From Octopus vulgaris (taxonomy: Eukaryota), in assembly GCA_951406725.2 (NCBI GenBank), contig OX597835.1, forward strand, positions 14,818,001 to 14,882,000: DNA of 64,000 nt, read 5' to 3'. Of the stretch, positions 23,650 through 36,258 are shown one piece after another. Under the pieces are notes generated by a model, which was given only the letters and a program-made list of their open reading frames with translations, did not search any database and was not told the DNA's origin. Position 1 is the stretch's first letter, and the number at the start of each line of letters is the position of its first letter. The position numbers were made by a program, and so were the translations under genes.

Positions 23650-26280
23650 GCAACAGATGTGTGTGTATGTGTGAGTGTGTGCGTGTGCGTGTGTGTATGT
23701 GTGTGTGTGAGGCGAGGTAAAAAAACAAAAAATATATGTATGTGTTAGTGTGTGCGTCTGTGTGTAGGCGTGTGAGGTAGGGCGAGACGGTGGTCAGCAT
23801 AGCAGCAGCATAGCAGACAAAGGTCAGTAGTGAGAAAAGGGAGGAAGGAGGAAGGGAGGGAGGGGAAGGGGTGGGGGCGTATGTAGCGTGCCAGCGTGTG
23901 TTGAGTGGTAGTGTGTGTGTGTGTCCAGTGTCGTGGTAGTATTAGTGGCGAGTAGATTGAATGTGTGTAAGAGTGAGGTATATGTTTAAGCAATGTGTGT
24001 ATATGTGTGCGCGTGTGTGTAACGAAAAAAAAGGGGGGGGGGTTTAGGAAAAGGACTCCAGCGGAGGGGAAGATGGAGGAGTGGTCCCGCGGAGACGGGC
24101 GTGGGAAAACCCAACGACACGCGACATCCCAGGAACGGGCGGGAGGTCTCGTCGGATCCAAGGGCGAGGTGCATGCGGGCGCATGCGTGCGCGAACCGGC
24201 GCAAACGCGTGTGTGCGCGAGCCTGCGAGTGTGCGCGTACGTATGTGTGCGTGTGGATGTGTGAGTGTGTCTGTGTGTATGTCTGGGTGGCAGTGTGTCC
24301 GATGAATGTATGTGAGTATGTGTGTATATATGTGTGTGCATAGATGTATGTCCGTGTGTGTGTGTGTGTGTGTATGTGTGTATGAGTGTGTATGTATGTA
24401 CGTGTGGGTGTGGGGAAGTGTGTGTATGTGCATGTGTGTGCGCGAACATACAGGTGTGTGAGTGAGTGCGTGTGTGTGTATGTATGTGTGAGTGTGTATG
24501 TATGTGTGTGTAGGATGCATGTATGTGTATGGGTGTATGTATGCGTGTGTGTATGTATGTATGTGTACGTGCGTGTGTGTGTGTGTATGCGTGTAGGTGT
24601 GCGCGTGTGCATGCGTGCATGTATGTGCGTATGTGTGTGTGTGTGCATGTGTGTGGGTATATATGTGTGTGCGTATATGTGTGTGTATGTGCGTACATGT
24701 GTGTGTGTGTGCATGTGTGTGTGTAGGTGTGTAGGCGTGTGTGTATAGGTGTATGTATGTAAGTATGTATGGGTGTGTCCGTGTATGTGTGTATGTATGT
24801 GTGTGTATGTAGCTGTGTGGGCGTGTGTATATGTGTGTGTATGTAGGTGTGTAGGCGTGTGTATATAGGTGTATGTATGTATGTCTGGGTGTGTCCGTGC
24901 ATGTTTGTGTGTGTGTGTGTGTGCATGTGTATGTAGGTGTGTGTGTACGTGTGTAATGTATGTGTGTATGCGTGTGTATGCGTGCGTGTGTGTATGTAGG
25001 TGCGTGTGTATGTGTGTGGGAGTGTAGGTGTGTGTGTGCGTGTGCGTGTTTATGTTGGTGTGTGCGTATGTGAGTGTGAGTGTATGAGTGTTTGTCATGC
25101 ATGTGTGTGCGCGTGCAGGTGAGTGTGTGTGTAAGTATGTGTGTGTGTATGTTTGTGTGAGTGTGTATGTGTGTATGTCTGTGTGTATGTATGTGCGTAT
25201 AGGAGTATGTAGGTATGTGTGTGTGTATGTATATGGGTGTATGTATGTGTGTGTGTGTGCATGTGTATAAGTATATGCGTGTGTGCGTATGTGTGTGTAT
25301 GTGTATGTGTGTGTGTTTATGTATGTGTGTATGTATGTGTGTAGGCGTGAGTGTGTAGATGTATCTATATATGGGTGTGTGTCAGTGTGTGTTTGTGTGT
25401 GTGTAGGTAGATGTGTGTGTCTGAGTGAGGGTATGGCTGTGTAGGTGTGTGTGTGTATGAATGTAAGTGTGTGCGTATACAAGTGTAATGTATGTATGTG
25501 GGTGTGTGTGTGTGTGTATGTGTACGTGTGCGTGTGTATGTGTGTGTGTGTATGCGTGTGAGTGTGGGTGTATGGGTGTATGTCTGTGTGTGTGTATGTC
25601 TGAAGTGGGTATGTGTGTGTATGTATGTATGTGTGTGTGTGTGCGGGTATGTGTGTGTGTGTATGTGTGTGTGTGAGTAGGTGTGCGTGTATGTATGTGG
25701 GTAGGGATGCATGCGAGTGTGTGGGTATGTATGCAAACATACGCAAGCGCACATCCGAAGCAAGCCCACACACACGAAGCGCGCTCACGCACACAACGCA
25801 CAAGCAGTGCAACGCAAGCCCAAAGGGGCCGACCGAGCCCCCAGCGCGCGCCAAGGCGCGCGAGCGCAAAGGCCCTCGAGCGCTCCGCTACGCGGGAACC
25901 GAGGATCCATCAGCCAAAACCGGAAAGCAGAAAAGAGGGGGGCTGCCTGGATGCAAAAAGGTGTATGTGTGTGTGCATTCAGTGTACGGGTGTGCATGTG
26001 TGGGTATGTATGTATGTATGTGCCTACATGTATGTGTGCATGTGTGTGTGTGTGAGGTATGTACGTGCGGTGTGTGTGTGTGAGTGTGTGTGTATGTATG
26101 TGCGTATGTATGTGTGTGTGTATGTGTGTATGTATGTCTGTGTGTGTGTGTGTGTGTAAGTATGTATGCGTGTGTGTATGTATGTGTGTGTGTATGTGCA
26201 TGTGTGTCTGTAAGTGTGTGTGATTAAATGTGTGAATGTATGTACGTAGATGGGTCTACGTATGTGTGTGTGTGAACAGG
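23650..26280. repeat. Large degenerate (GT/GTAT)n microsatellite field with embedded GC-rich islands
   Basis: Direct inspection; this is the source of the His/Thr-rich and Val/Cys-rich ORFs. Confidence 0.9.
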
Positions 26281-26440
26281 CGTATATATATCTACAGACA
26301 AACGTTAGCTTCTGCTTTATGCTACATGCATCTATTTAGCCTGTCAATCAATATATACATCTACTCCTTTGCGGAAATTTACCAATTCTTTCCCCTCACA
26401 GATTAATAAAAACACACGATCGTTTACAAATATATATATA

Positions 26441-26977
26441 CAGGGTGTCCCAAAAAAATGTATACACTTGCTGCAACAGTCTGTTATTGCCAAGCATTAG
26501 AGAGGACTTTGAACAGGAAGAGTTTTATTTCCAGCAAGATGGGGCACCTCCACACTACCATCGCGATGTTAGATCCTTTCTTGATGGGATCTTGCCAAAC
26601 AGGTGGATTGGACGGAGAGGTTTTGTCGAATACCCTCCACGTTCACCAGACCTCACACCACTAGACTTCTTTTTATGGGGATACCTAAAGGACAAAGTCT
26701 ACGCACAGAAACCTGCAACAGTCGTTCAATTGAGGGCAACCATTGAACATGAATGTACGAATATCCCAAGGGAATTGTTCCATGATGTGTGCCATTCCAT
26801 CGCTTCGCGTTGTCAGCAGTGTCTGGAGCAGAACGGACATCAGTTTGAGACCATGCGATAACAAGACAATAGAATGATATTTGTAAATTCTTTTACCTGT
26901 TGAAAATTATTCGAGTTATAATAAACCCCAAATTTACAATTATTTAAGGTGTGTATACATTTTTTTGGGACACCCTG
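26441..26977 (+). mobile_element. Internally deleted Tc1/mariner-superfamily element of the DD41D (rosa/Visitor) type
   Basis: Perfect 27-bp TIRs cagggtgtcccaaaaaaatgtatacac with TA flanks. Retains an open C-terminal transposase half (FQQDGAPPH...PPRSPDLTPLDFFLWGYLKDKVY) with 41 residues between the last two catalytic Asp. Confidence 0.92.
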
Positions 26978-26984
26978 TATATCT

Positions 26985-27387
26985 TTCTCTTTAACTTGCT
27001 TCAGTCATTTGACTGTGGCCATGCTGGAGCACCATCTTTAGTTGAGCAAATCGACCCCAGGACTTATTCTTTGTAAGCCTAGTACTTATTCTATCTTTTG
27101 CCGAACCGCTAAGTTACGGGGACGTAAACACACCAGCATCGGTTGTCAAGCGATGTTGGGGGGACAAACACAGACACACAAACATACACATATACGCACG
27201 CACACACACATATATATATACAAACATACGACGGGCTTCTTTCAGTTTCCGTCTACCAAATCCATTCACAAGGCTTTGTTTGGCCCGAGGCTATAGTAGA
27301 AGACACTTGCCCTAGGTGCCACGCAGTGGGACTGAACCCGGAACCATGTGGTTGGTAAACAAGCTACTTACCACATGGCCACTCCAA
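26985..27387 (-). mobile_element. SINE family A, full length
   Basis: Abuts the right TIR of the DD41D element. Confidence 0.88.
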
Positions 27388-27814
27388 CGCTTAGGGGATG
27401 CCGAGTCCGACGCCAACGCTACAGCCCCGTTCCGGTTTTGCGTGAAGACGTGTTCCGGTTACGACGATGAGGGCTCCAGTTGATCCAACCATCGGAACAG
27501 CCTGCTCGTGAAACTAACGTGCAAGTGGCTGAGCATTCCACAGACACGTTTACCCCCAACGTAGTTCTCGGGGAGATTCAGAGTGTGACGAGGCTAGTCC
27601 TTTGAAATACAGGTACAACAGAAACAGGAAGAAAGAGTGAGGGAAAGTTGTGTGAAAGAGTACAGTAGGGTTCGCCACCATCCCTGTCGGAACTTCGTGG
27701 AGCTCTAAATATTTTCGCTCAATAAATACTCACAACGTTCGGTGCTGGGAATCGAAACCGTGATCCTATGACCGCGTGTCTGCTGCCCTAACCACCGGGC
27801 CATGGCGCTTCCAC
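27388..27814 (-). mobile_element. SINE family C, older copy with a different 3' extension
   Basis: Colinear with family C from 27814 to ~27455, then a distinct GC-rich 3' segment. Confidence 0.8.
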
Positions 27815-27844
27815 GTATATTATATATATGTTAATATGTGTGGA

Positions 27845-28065
27845 GGCGGCGAGCTGGCAGAACCGTTAGCACGCCGGGCGAAATGCGTAGCCGTATTTCG
27901 TCTGGGTTCAAATTCCGCCGAGGTCCACTTTGCCTTTCATCCTTTCGGGGTCGATAAATTAAGTACCAGTTACGCACTGGGGGATCGATGTAATCGACTT
28001 AATACCTATGTCTGTCCTTGTTTGTCCCTTCTGTGTTTAGCCCCTTGTTGGCCAGTAAAGAAATA
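27845..28065 (+). mobile_element. SINE family B
   Basis: 15-bp TSD gttaatatgtgtgga at 27830-27844 and 28066-28080. Confidence 0.9.
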
Positions 28066-28439
28066 GTTAATATGTGTGGAAATAGTAGAGTTTTATGGAA
28101 GTTCACATACGTAAAGAAAATATGGAACAGAATCAAAAATAAATAAATGGAAATATGAAATTTAAAATTGAAATTCGTCAATTATTATTGCAAGTATTAT
28201 AGAATGTTAACCTGCTTGTAATAGGTCTCTGCGGACAAGTGGTAATAGTAGACGTGAGCAAACGCACTGAAATACAAATAGTTTTACTGACTTCAATGCA
28301 TTCGCTGGCTGCTTTGTTTTGTTGGAGAGCAGAGGCCGCTGAGAACGAACACTTTATGAATACAGCGATAGAGATCTATACAGACAATTGTAAACGCATA
28401 TGCACATGGATATTTCTATGTACATACACATAACACAGC

Positions 28440-28507
28440 TCTCTCTCCATATATATATATAATGTTTATGGATATGAATATTTTGTATGAATGTGCACGT
28501 TTATATA

Positions 28508-28557
<50 letters not shown>

Positions 28558-28704
28558 CACGGGTATACATGTTTTGTATGAATATGCACGTTTATATATA
28601 TGTGTGTATATATATATATATATAAACACGGGTATACATGTATATGCATATATATATAATGTTTATGGATATGAATGTTTTGTATGAATATGCACGTTTA
28701 TATA

Positions 28705-28746
<42 letters not shown>

Positions 28747-28921
28747 AATACGGGTATACATGTATATGTATATATATATATATGTTTATGGATATGAATA
28801 TGCAGGTTTATATATGTGTATATATATATATATGTTTATGGATATGAATGTTTTGTATGAATATGCACGTTTATATATGTGTGTGTATATATATATATAT
28901 AAACACGGATATACATGTATA

Positions 28922-28970
<49 letters not shown>

Positions 28971-28997
28971 ATATGAATGTTTTGTATGAATATGCAC

Positions 28998-29043
<46 letters not shown>

Positions 29044-29200
29044 ACGGATATACATGTATATGCATGTTTGTATATATATATATTCATGTATATGCATGTG
29101 TATATATTTATGTATATGCATGTGTATATATTTATGTATATGCATGTGTATTTATATATATATTCATGTATATGCATGTGTGTGTATATATATATATGTG
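28440..29200. repeat. Minisatellite: ~100-130 bp unit with variable internal (TA)n
   Basis: Recurring atgtttatggatatgaatgttttgtatgaatatgcacgtttata...aaacacgggtatacatg. Confidence 0.9.
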
Positions 29201-29590
29201 TGTGTGTGCACATGAATACATATACTAATTTACATATATACATACAAGCGCACACACGCATATATGTATATATTATTGAGTGCTTCTGCATAGATACTTA
29301 TAGAAATGTCTTTATCCACATAACACACAGCCTGACATTCAGCCAATGAGGGCATTCTGCTTCTCATGTTTCCTCGTACGAAATATTTGCTACATAGAAA
29401 TGGAATACAATGGAGTCTTTCTAGTAAACTCACACGAAAAAGAAAACACACACTCACGTCACTCTACAGAGTTCTGTCTGAAAGATTGGCAAGGAATTTA
29501 CCAACAGATTGATATAAATAGTAAGAAAGAGGTTTATTTCTTTCTGCCAATATTCTACCATAATTTGTAGCATTAAAAGGCAAGAACTAC

Positions 29591-29917
29591 GGTTTAAACA
29601 TTTAGTAATTTTCTCGGTGATTTTTACAGGGATAACCAGCGAAAGGGATTTCTTTATCGTCAAGAACAATGAAATAAAGACACACCTATGAACTACGAAT
29701 AGATTCCCTTTTGTCTTTTACGGCTTTGTGTCATTAGACTGCGACCACGCTGGGGCACCTCTTTGAAGGGTTTAAACATTTTCTCGGCGATTTTTGCAGG
29801 GATGACCAGCAAAAGGGATTTCGTTATCGTCGAGAACAATGAAATAAAGACACACCTATGAACTACGAGTAAATTCACTTTTGTCTTTTACGGCTGGGGC
29901 ACCTCTTTGAAGGGTTT
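29591..29917. repeat. Imperfect tandem duplication (~170 bp)
   Basis: ttctcgg.gattttt...gaacaatgaaataaagacacacctatgaactacga...ctggggcacctctttgaagggttt occurs twice. Confidence 0.85.
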
Positions 29918-30082
29918 TGTCGACCCCAGTAATTTTTTTTCTTTTCTTAAGTTGGGTGTTTATTTATTGATCTGTTACATAACATAAACAAATCAAAACC
30001 GATTGTCAAACGGCATGTGGACACACACACGCGTGCCGGACTTCTTTCGGTTTCTGTCTACCATTCACAAGGCTTTATTGTC

Positions 30083-30263
30083 CAGTGCTCCACAACCGGT
30101 ATCCTGCGGCACACTGGTTTGCCGCAGTGTAACCTGAGTATAATTTTTTCTCCCTATACATTTAGTTACATCTTTAGATCAGGTGTGCCGTCGAATTTTG
30201 ATAAGAATGTGTGTGCCGCAAGGAAAAAAAAAAGACAAAAGCAAAATATGTTGCGGAGCAATG
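30083..30263. mobile_element. hAT (Charlie/Tip100-like) MITE inside an old family-A SINE
   Basis: TIRs cagtgctccacaacc / tgttgcggagcaatg with subterminal gtgtgccg/gccgc repeats. No TSD recognisable. Confidence 0.55.
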
Positions 30264-30909
30264 GCAGAAGACCCTTGCCCAGCGTGCAACGCAGTAGGAC
30301 TAAACCAGGAACATTACAATTGACAAACAAATCTCTTGGCACTCGTCCATGGCAGCGCCTATCATATCCACTTAATAGAAACGAAAATACTGTTTTACCT
30401 CGATTCCTCTTTTTCTGAATACAAAACATATTTCCAATAAATCAGTTTAACCTATATTTATAAAAAAAAAAGTCTGAATTCACTTAGCGAAATGTTATGA
30501 ACAGCTACATTATTCTTATTTACATATTATGCATATTAAATTTATTAACAACTATATAATGTTCGTAATGTGACTTTGAAATGTCAAATAAATCATTAGG
30601 ACCTTGCTTTACTCATTGTTATAATGTCTCACAAGATGTTTAGTTGTTATTAGTAAGAGTTTAGTGTGATAATGTGCACTATATTTTGAATAGATATTTT
30701 GCTTAAAAAAAAAAGAAAAATCTGCAGAAGTTCGAAAGTTCAGGGAAGCGTAGTATTTCCGTCTCTCTTTCTCCATCTAATTCTGTCTCACATAGACTAT
30801 CATTCTTTCTACGTTTTTATTGTTAAAAAGAACCTGATTATATAGCGGTATCTGTCAATCTGTCATTCGTGTTAAACGTTATTTATCTGTCTACGAATAT
30901 TTTATATAC

Positions 30910-30960
30910 ATTATATATACATACACACACGCATATATATATATATATATATATGTATTC

Positions 30961-31001
<41 letters not shown>

Positions 31002-31500
31002 GTATATATATGTATGTGTATGTATATATATATGTACATATATATATATATGTATATATATGTATATATATGTATATATATGTATATGTATATATATATG
31101 TATATGTATATATATGTATATGTATATATATGTATATGTATATGTATGTATATGTATATATATGTATATGTATATGTATATATATGTATATGTATATATG
31201 TATATATATGTATGTATATATATGTATATATATGTATGTATATGTATGTATATATATGTATGTATATGTATATATATGTATGTATGTATATGTATGTATA
31301 TGTATGTATATGTATATATATGTATGTATATATATGTATGTGTATATGTATATATATGTATGTATATATATGTATGTGTATATGTATATATGTATGTATA
31401 TATGTGTATATGTATGTATATGTATGTTTATGTATATATGTATATGTATGTATATTATATGTATGTATAAGTATATGCAATATATATATATATATAATGT
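30910..31500. repeat. Compound (TA/TATG)n microsatellite
   Basis: Direct inspection. Confidence 0.95.
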
Positions 31501-31662
31501 TCTGTCAGTAGTCTGTCTGTCTGTCTTTTAACTTTTTGTTTCGGTCATTGAAATGCCGCCTCGAAGGGTTTCAGTCGAACAAATCGACCCCGCCGCACCT
31601 ATTCTATCTCTTTTAGCGAACTGCTACGTGATTGGAGCACGCAAATCAACAGCGGTTATGGA

Positions 31663-31694
<32 letters not shown>

Positions 31695-31855
31695 TTATAT
31701 ACACCTTAGTATTCTACCAGTTTCCATCTACCAAATCATGCTTCAGTTGGCCGTGGCTACAATAGAAAACACTTGCCCAGGGTGCCATGCAATGGAACTG
31801 AACTCGAAATCGTGTGGCTTTGAAGTAAAGCTTTTACCACACAGCCACGCTTGCG

Positions 31856-31904
<49 letters not shown>

Positions 31905-31906
<2 letters not shown>

Positions 31907-32276
31907 ACTCTCTTTACTCTCTTTTACTTGTTTCAGTCATTTGACTGCGGCCATGCTGGAGCACCGGCTTTAGTCGAGCAAATCGACCCAGGGACTTATT
32001 CTTTGTAAGCCCAGTACTTATTCTATCGGTCTCTTTTGTCGAACCGCTAAGTGACGGGGACGTAAACACACCAGCATCGGTTGTCAAGCAATGCTAGGGA
32101 GACAAACACAAACATATACACACACACACTTATATATATATACGACAGGCTTCTTTCAGTTTCCGTCTACCAAATCCACTCACAAGGCTTTGGTCGGCCC
32201 GAGGCTATAGCAGAAGACACTTGCCCAAGATGCCACGCAGTGGGACTGAACAAGCTACTTACCACACAGCCACTCC
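31905..32276 (-). mobile_element. SINE family A with small head deletion
   Basis: High identity, with a deletion between gggactgaa and caagctac. Confidence 0.85.
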
Positions 32277-32278
32277 TT

Positions 32279-32310
<32 letters not shown>

Positions 32311-32970
32311 GCATGTAAGCTGTATGTGTATGTATATAATATATACATAATTTCATTGAATATGTATAAATTGACACCATTACAAAGACTAATATTTCTC
32401 ACCTTAAATCAGATGTGCTCAGTAAGCTAAAATTTCACACACATTTTACAACCTTGCATTTCCAAGATAATAATAATAATAATAAGAACAATAATAATAG
32501 CTATACTTGCTATTAGTTTATATCTTGCCGTGGCCTTCGTTAATTTCTTTTTTATTGAGTATAGCATAATAAATAGGTGTATATATATTTCTATACTTAT
32601 GTATATAAGCATACATATATGCATAAATATGGATGTATATGACTACATTTGCATATATTCATTTGCTTAGATGTATACATGTGTGTATCAGTGTTATATT
32701 TCTAAATGTTTCACATGTATATTATGTACGTATGAGCATATTGTGTGTGTATGTACTTACTATATTATATTTATCATTTTTTAATACTTTGTGGTTAACA
32801 ATTTTTTTTTAAATAAATTAAATTATTAAAAATTTTTAAATAAAAAAATTTAAATTTTAAATTTTATATATATATATGTTATATATATTATATTAATTAT
32901 ATTTATATTATTTGTTATTTGTGTCTGAGTTGCCTAATAGTGGTTTTATCTCTAATTCATATATATAATA

Positions 32971-33013
<43 letters not shown>

Positions 33014-34742
33014 TTGTGTTTCGTATGTATATTATATACGTATGTGCATGTTCTTATGTATGTATATAATAGATATATTTGTATATTTCGTTCAGGCACA
33101 TAATCTGATGTTAGAACTTAATACTTGTATTCTTCAGAAAGAAGCGTTAGTCGAGTACGGAGCGTAATAGAAATTAAATAAAGGACAAAAGATCAAGAAA
33201 TTATGTAATATAAAGTAATATGTTCATAGACACACAGACACGTGAGAGAGTCCGTGTGTGTATAACTGCTGAAAGAAAAATTAGGTAATTTAGGTATTGT
33301 TAATGTATCGTGCGCTTCGTAAGAAAAGGAAAATGGAGGCAAGGATAAGATTAAAAAATATTAATGATGAAAGAAATATTAGAGTATGTTGACGAATGTT
33401 AAGACTGACCGGAAGTTAGAGATGACAATTAGTTATAGGGAGAGTAAGAAGTTTCACACGTACAAGGACAATAGAAGAGGTTAATTAGAGGACATTAATT
33501 AGAGGACTTTGCTTGAGAGTGTGTGTGTTTGTGTAGCTGTGTTCCGTTAAAGCCACGGCTGTGTTTTGGCGAGGGGCGAACATGTCTGCAGCCAACATGT
33601 ATGTTGGTTTCTCGTGACATTAGTGTGGCTAAAAGGCGCAGTTAGGGTTGGTTGTATGGTCAAGAAGAACGCTTTGCAACCACGTGGCTTCGGGTTCATT
33701 CACACTCCGTGGCACCTTGGGCAAATATCATCATATATAGACACCCCACCCTGGGGTTGAACAAGGCATTTTGTGAATGAATTTGAGAGACGAAAACTGT
33801 GTGGAAGCCCATTGTGTATGTGTATATATATACGTGTGTGTTTGTGTATGTCCTCTCTCACCACAGCTTTACAAACGCTGTTCATTTGTTTACGTTCCTG
33901 TCATATAGCGGCTCGACAAAGGAGTACCGATAGAATAAGCACCACACTTGTTCGATTAAACATTTCAAGTCGGAGCTCCAACATGACCGCAATCCAATGA
34001 CTTCAAAACATTTAAAGCTAGCATGCATGAATGCTTTGTGCTTGTTGTGTGTAGGCGTAAATTAAGCACATGGCGGTGGTTATCTTTGTTGCAGTCCTGG
34101 TGTGTGTCTCTCTGTGTGTGTGTGTCTGTGAGCGTGTGCATTTATCTACACGCGTATGTTCTACAGTTAACCCTGTTCATGGTAATGGATAACACAACAT
34201 ACTGTTCACACAACAATTTAAAGAATAAATTCAAAAGAAATGAACAAACCTTATTCATCAAATCAAATATCATTGTATTCCTTGTCCATTCCGCAGAGGT
34301 CGACTTTGCTTTCCAGCCTCTTGGAAGTCGATAAAATGAGTACCAGTTCAGCCCTGGGGTCGATGTAATCAGTTAACCCCCTCGTCCAAACTTTCAAGCC
34401 TTTTCGCCTTTAGCACAGAAAATTGTATTCCTCACCTCTTTTCCAACGGATTAATATATTTCAGATTATTTATTAATTCCCAATTATCGAAGAATTTTCC
34501 AGAAATATCAATGCCATTTGATATTTTGTCAGTCTAATTTCTTTCGCAATGCAATTAACAGTAAAATCGTATAAAACTTATAACGAAGATATTTCGTGAA
34601 TATTCATATGCAGGCGCAAGCATGGCTATGTAGTAAGCAGTTTACTTGCCAACCGTATGGTTCCGGGTTCAGTCCCGCTGCGTGGCACCTTGGGAAAGTG
34701 TCTTCTATTATAACCTCGGGTCGAAAACTAAAAGAAGCCTGT

Positions 34743-34786
<44 letters not shown>

Positions 34787-35008
34787 CCGATAGAATAAGT
34801 ACTAGGCTTACAAAGAATAAGTCTTGGGATCGATTTGCTCGACTAAAAGCTGTGCTCCAGCATGGCCGCAGTCAAATGACTGAAACAAGTAAAAGAGAGT
34901 GTATAAAATAGCTTTTATACAGATTTTCTTTCACCCAAAAGAAAAACCATCTCAATTCGAACTCAGAACGAGAAGAAATACTACAAAATATTTTTCCGAT
35001 GCTCTAAC

Positions 35009-35080
35009 GCAGCGTTTCTCAAGCGGGGTTCCCCATAATCCTAGGGTTCCGCAAAAGGTTTCTAGGGGTTCCGCGAGAAA
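35009..35080 (+). mobile_element. hAT-like transposon left-end fragment
   Basis: cagcgtttctcaa followed by repeated ggggttcc subterminal motifs. Similar end fragments occur at ~8182, ~44224, ~48110 and ~63055. Confidence 0.45.
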
Positions 35081-35301
35081 GAGTGAGAAAGCTAATGCTA
35101 ATTTCATGATCGTAATATATATATATATATATATATATATACACTACGGGCTTCTTTCAGTTTCCGTCTACCAAATCCACTCACAAAGGTTTGGTCGGTC
35201 CGAGGTACACTTGCCCAATGTGCCACGAAGTGGGAATGAACCCGGAACCATGTGGTTGGTAAGCAAGCTACTTACCACACAGCCACTCCAACGCCTATAC
35301 A

Positions 35302-35338
<37 letters not shown>

Positions 35339-35906
35339 GCAGGGGGTTCCTTGAGATACGTAATATATTTTAAGGGTTACTGCTCTAACGATTCAGCCAA
35401 TCCAACACCGTACAATAACCCTTTCTACTTAAGGCCCAATGCCAGCAAATTTCGGGGGGAGGGATTAGGTGGATTACATCGAGCCTAATGCTAAACTGTA
35501 ATTCATTTAATTTCATTAACTGTAAGAGGATGAAACGCAAAGTCGACTTTGGCAGCATTTGGACTCAGAACGGAAAGACGGACGAAATGCCGCTAAGCAT
35601 TTAGTCCGGCATGTTAACAGTTCGCCAGATCGCCGCCGCCTCTGGGTAACCAGTTGTAATGAGTGTGGATGTATGCCACTATTTCCCGTCACAGTATTTC
35701 AGGTTAAGTTTTATTTTATTAGTAACAAATATACCAATTGTGGAAAGCTGGAGCAAACAAGAAAAAAAAAAACATGCAAAGATGCGGTAATGCAAAAACA
35801 TGAAGAACTAAAGAGCGGTTCCAAACCAAAAATTCGGGGCCAGTTTAAGCTTGGTGAAAGGAAGAAGAATCAATAATGGGAAAATATTTTTTTTTAATAA
35901 ATATTC

Positions 35907-35912
35907 TTTATT
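35907..35912 (-). promoter_or_regulatory. Candidate polyadenylation signal (AATAAA) for the tincar-like gene
   Basis: AATAAA on the minus strand ~350 nt after the stop, in unique AT-rich sequence. Further AATAAA hexamers occur at ~35710-35720. AT richness makes chance matches likely. Confidence 0.25.
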
Positions 35913-36258
35913 TTTAATTATCAACATAACCAATTAACAAGACTTGTTTGTAAATATAACACAGATGTATTTTCCAAGTTTAATTTGCAACCCTCGAATT
36001 TTGTGTTTTAGCTTTCGTCTGAGCACCCAGCATTTATATACATTTTTTCCTTTCTCCCATAACATAGGATTTTGGTTTAATTAATTAGTTAATTAATTTT
36101 TTAAAAAAACAGAAAGAAATTTCATGTGGAGAAAAATATATTAAAACAAAATCACATTAAAGAATGCATGCAAGCGGCACATGCGGGTTAGTGTTCGGTA
36201 GACATCACAGGGGGGGTAAAAGCAGAACCATGATGGACATAATTGGATGAGTAGCGGC

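Noticed and set aside
24040-25960. rDNA or spacer fragment explaining the GC-rich islands
   Set aside because: No recognisable conserved rRNA motifs.
23745-26201. Long ORFs (627, 393, 352 aa) rich in His/Thr or Val/Cys/Tyr
   Set aside because: They are translations of dinucleotide microsatellite, open in several frames and on both strands.
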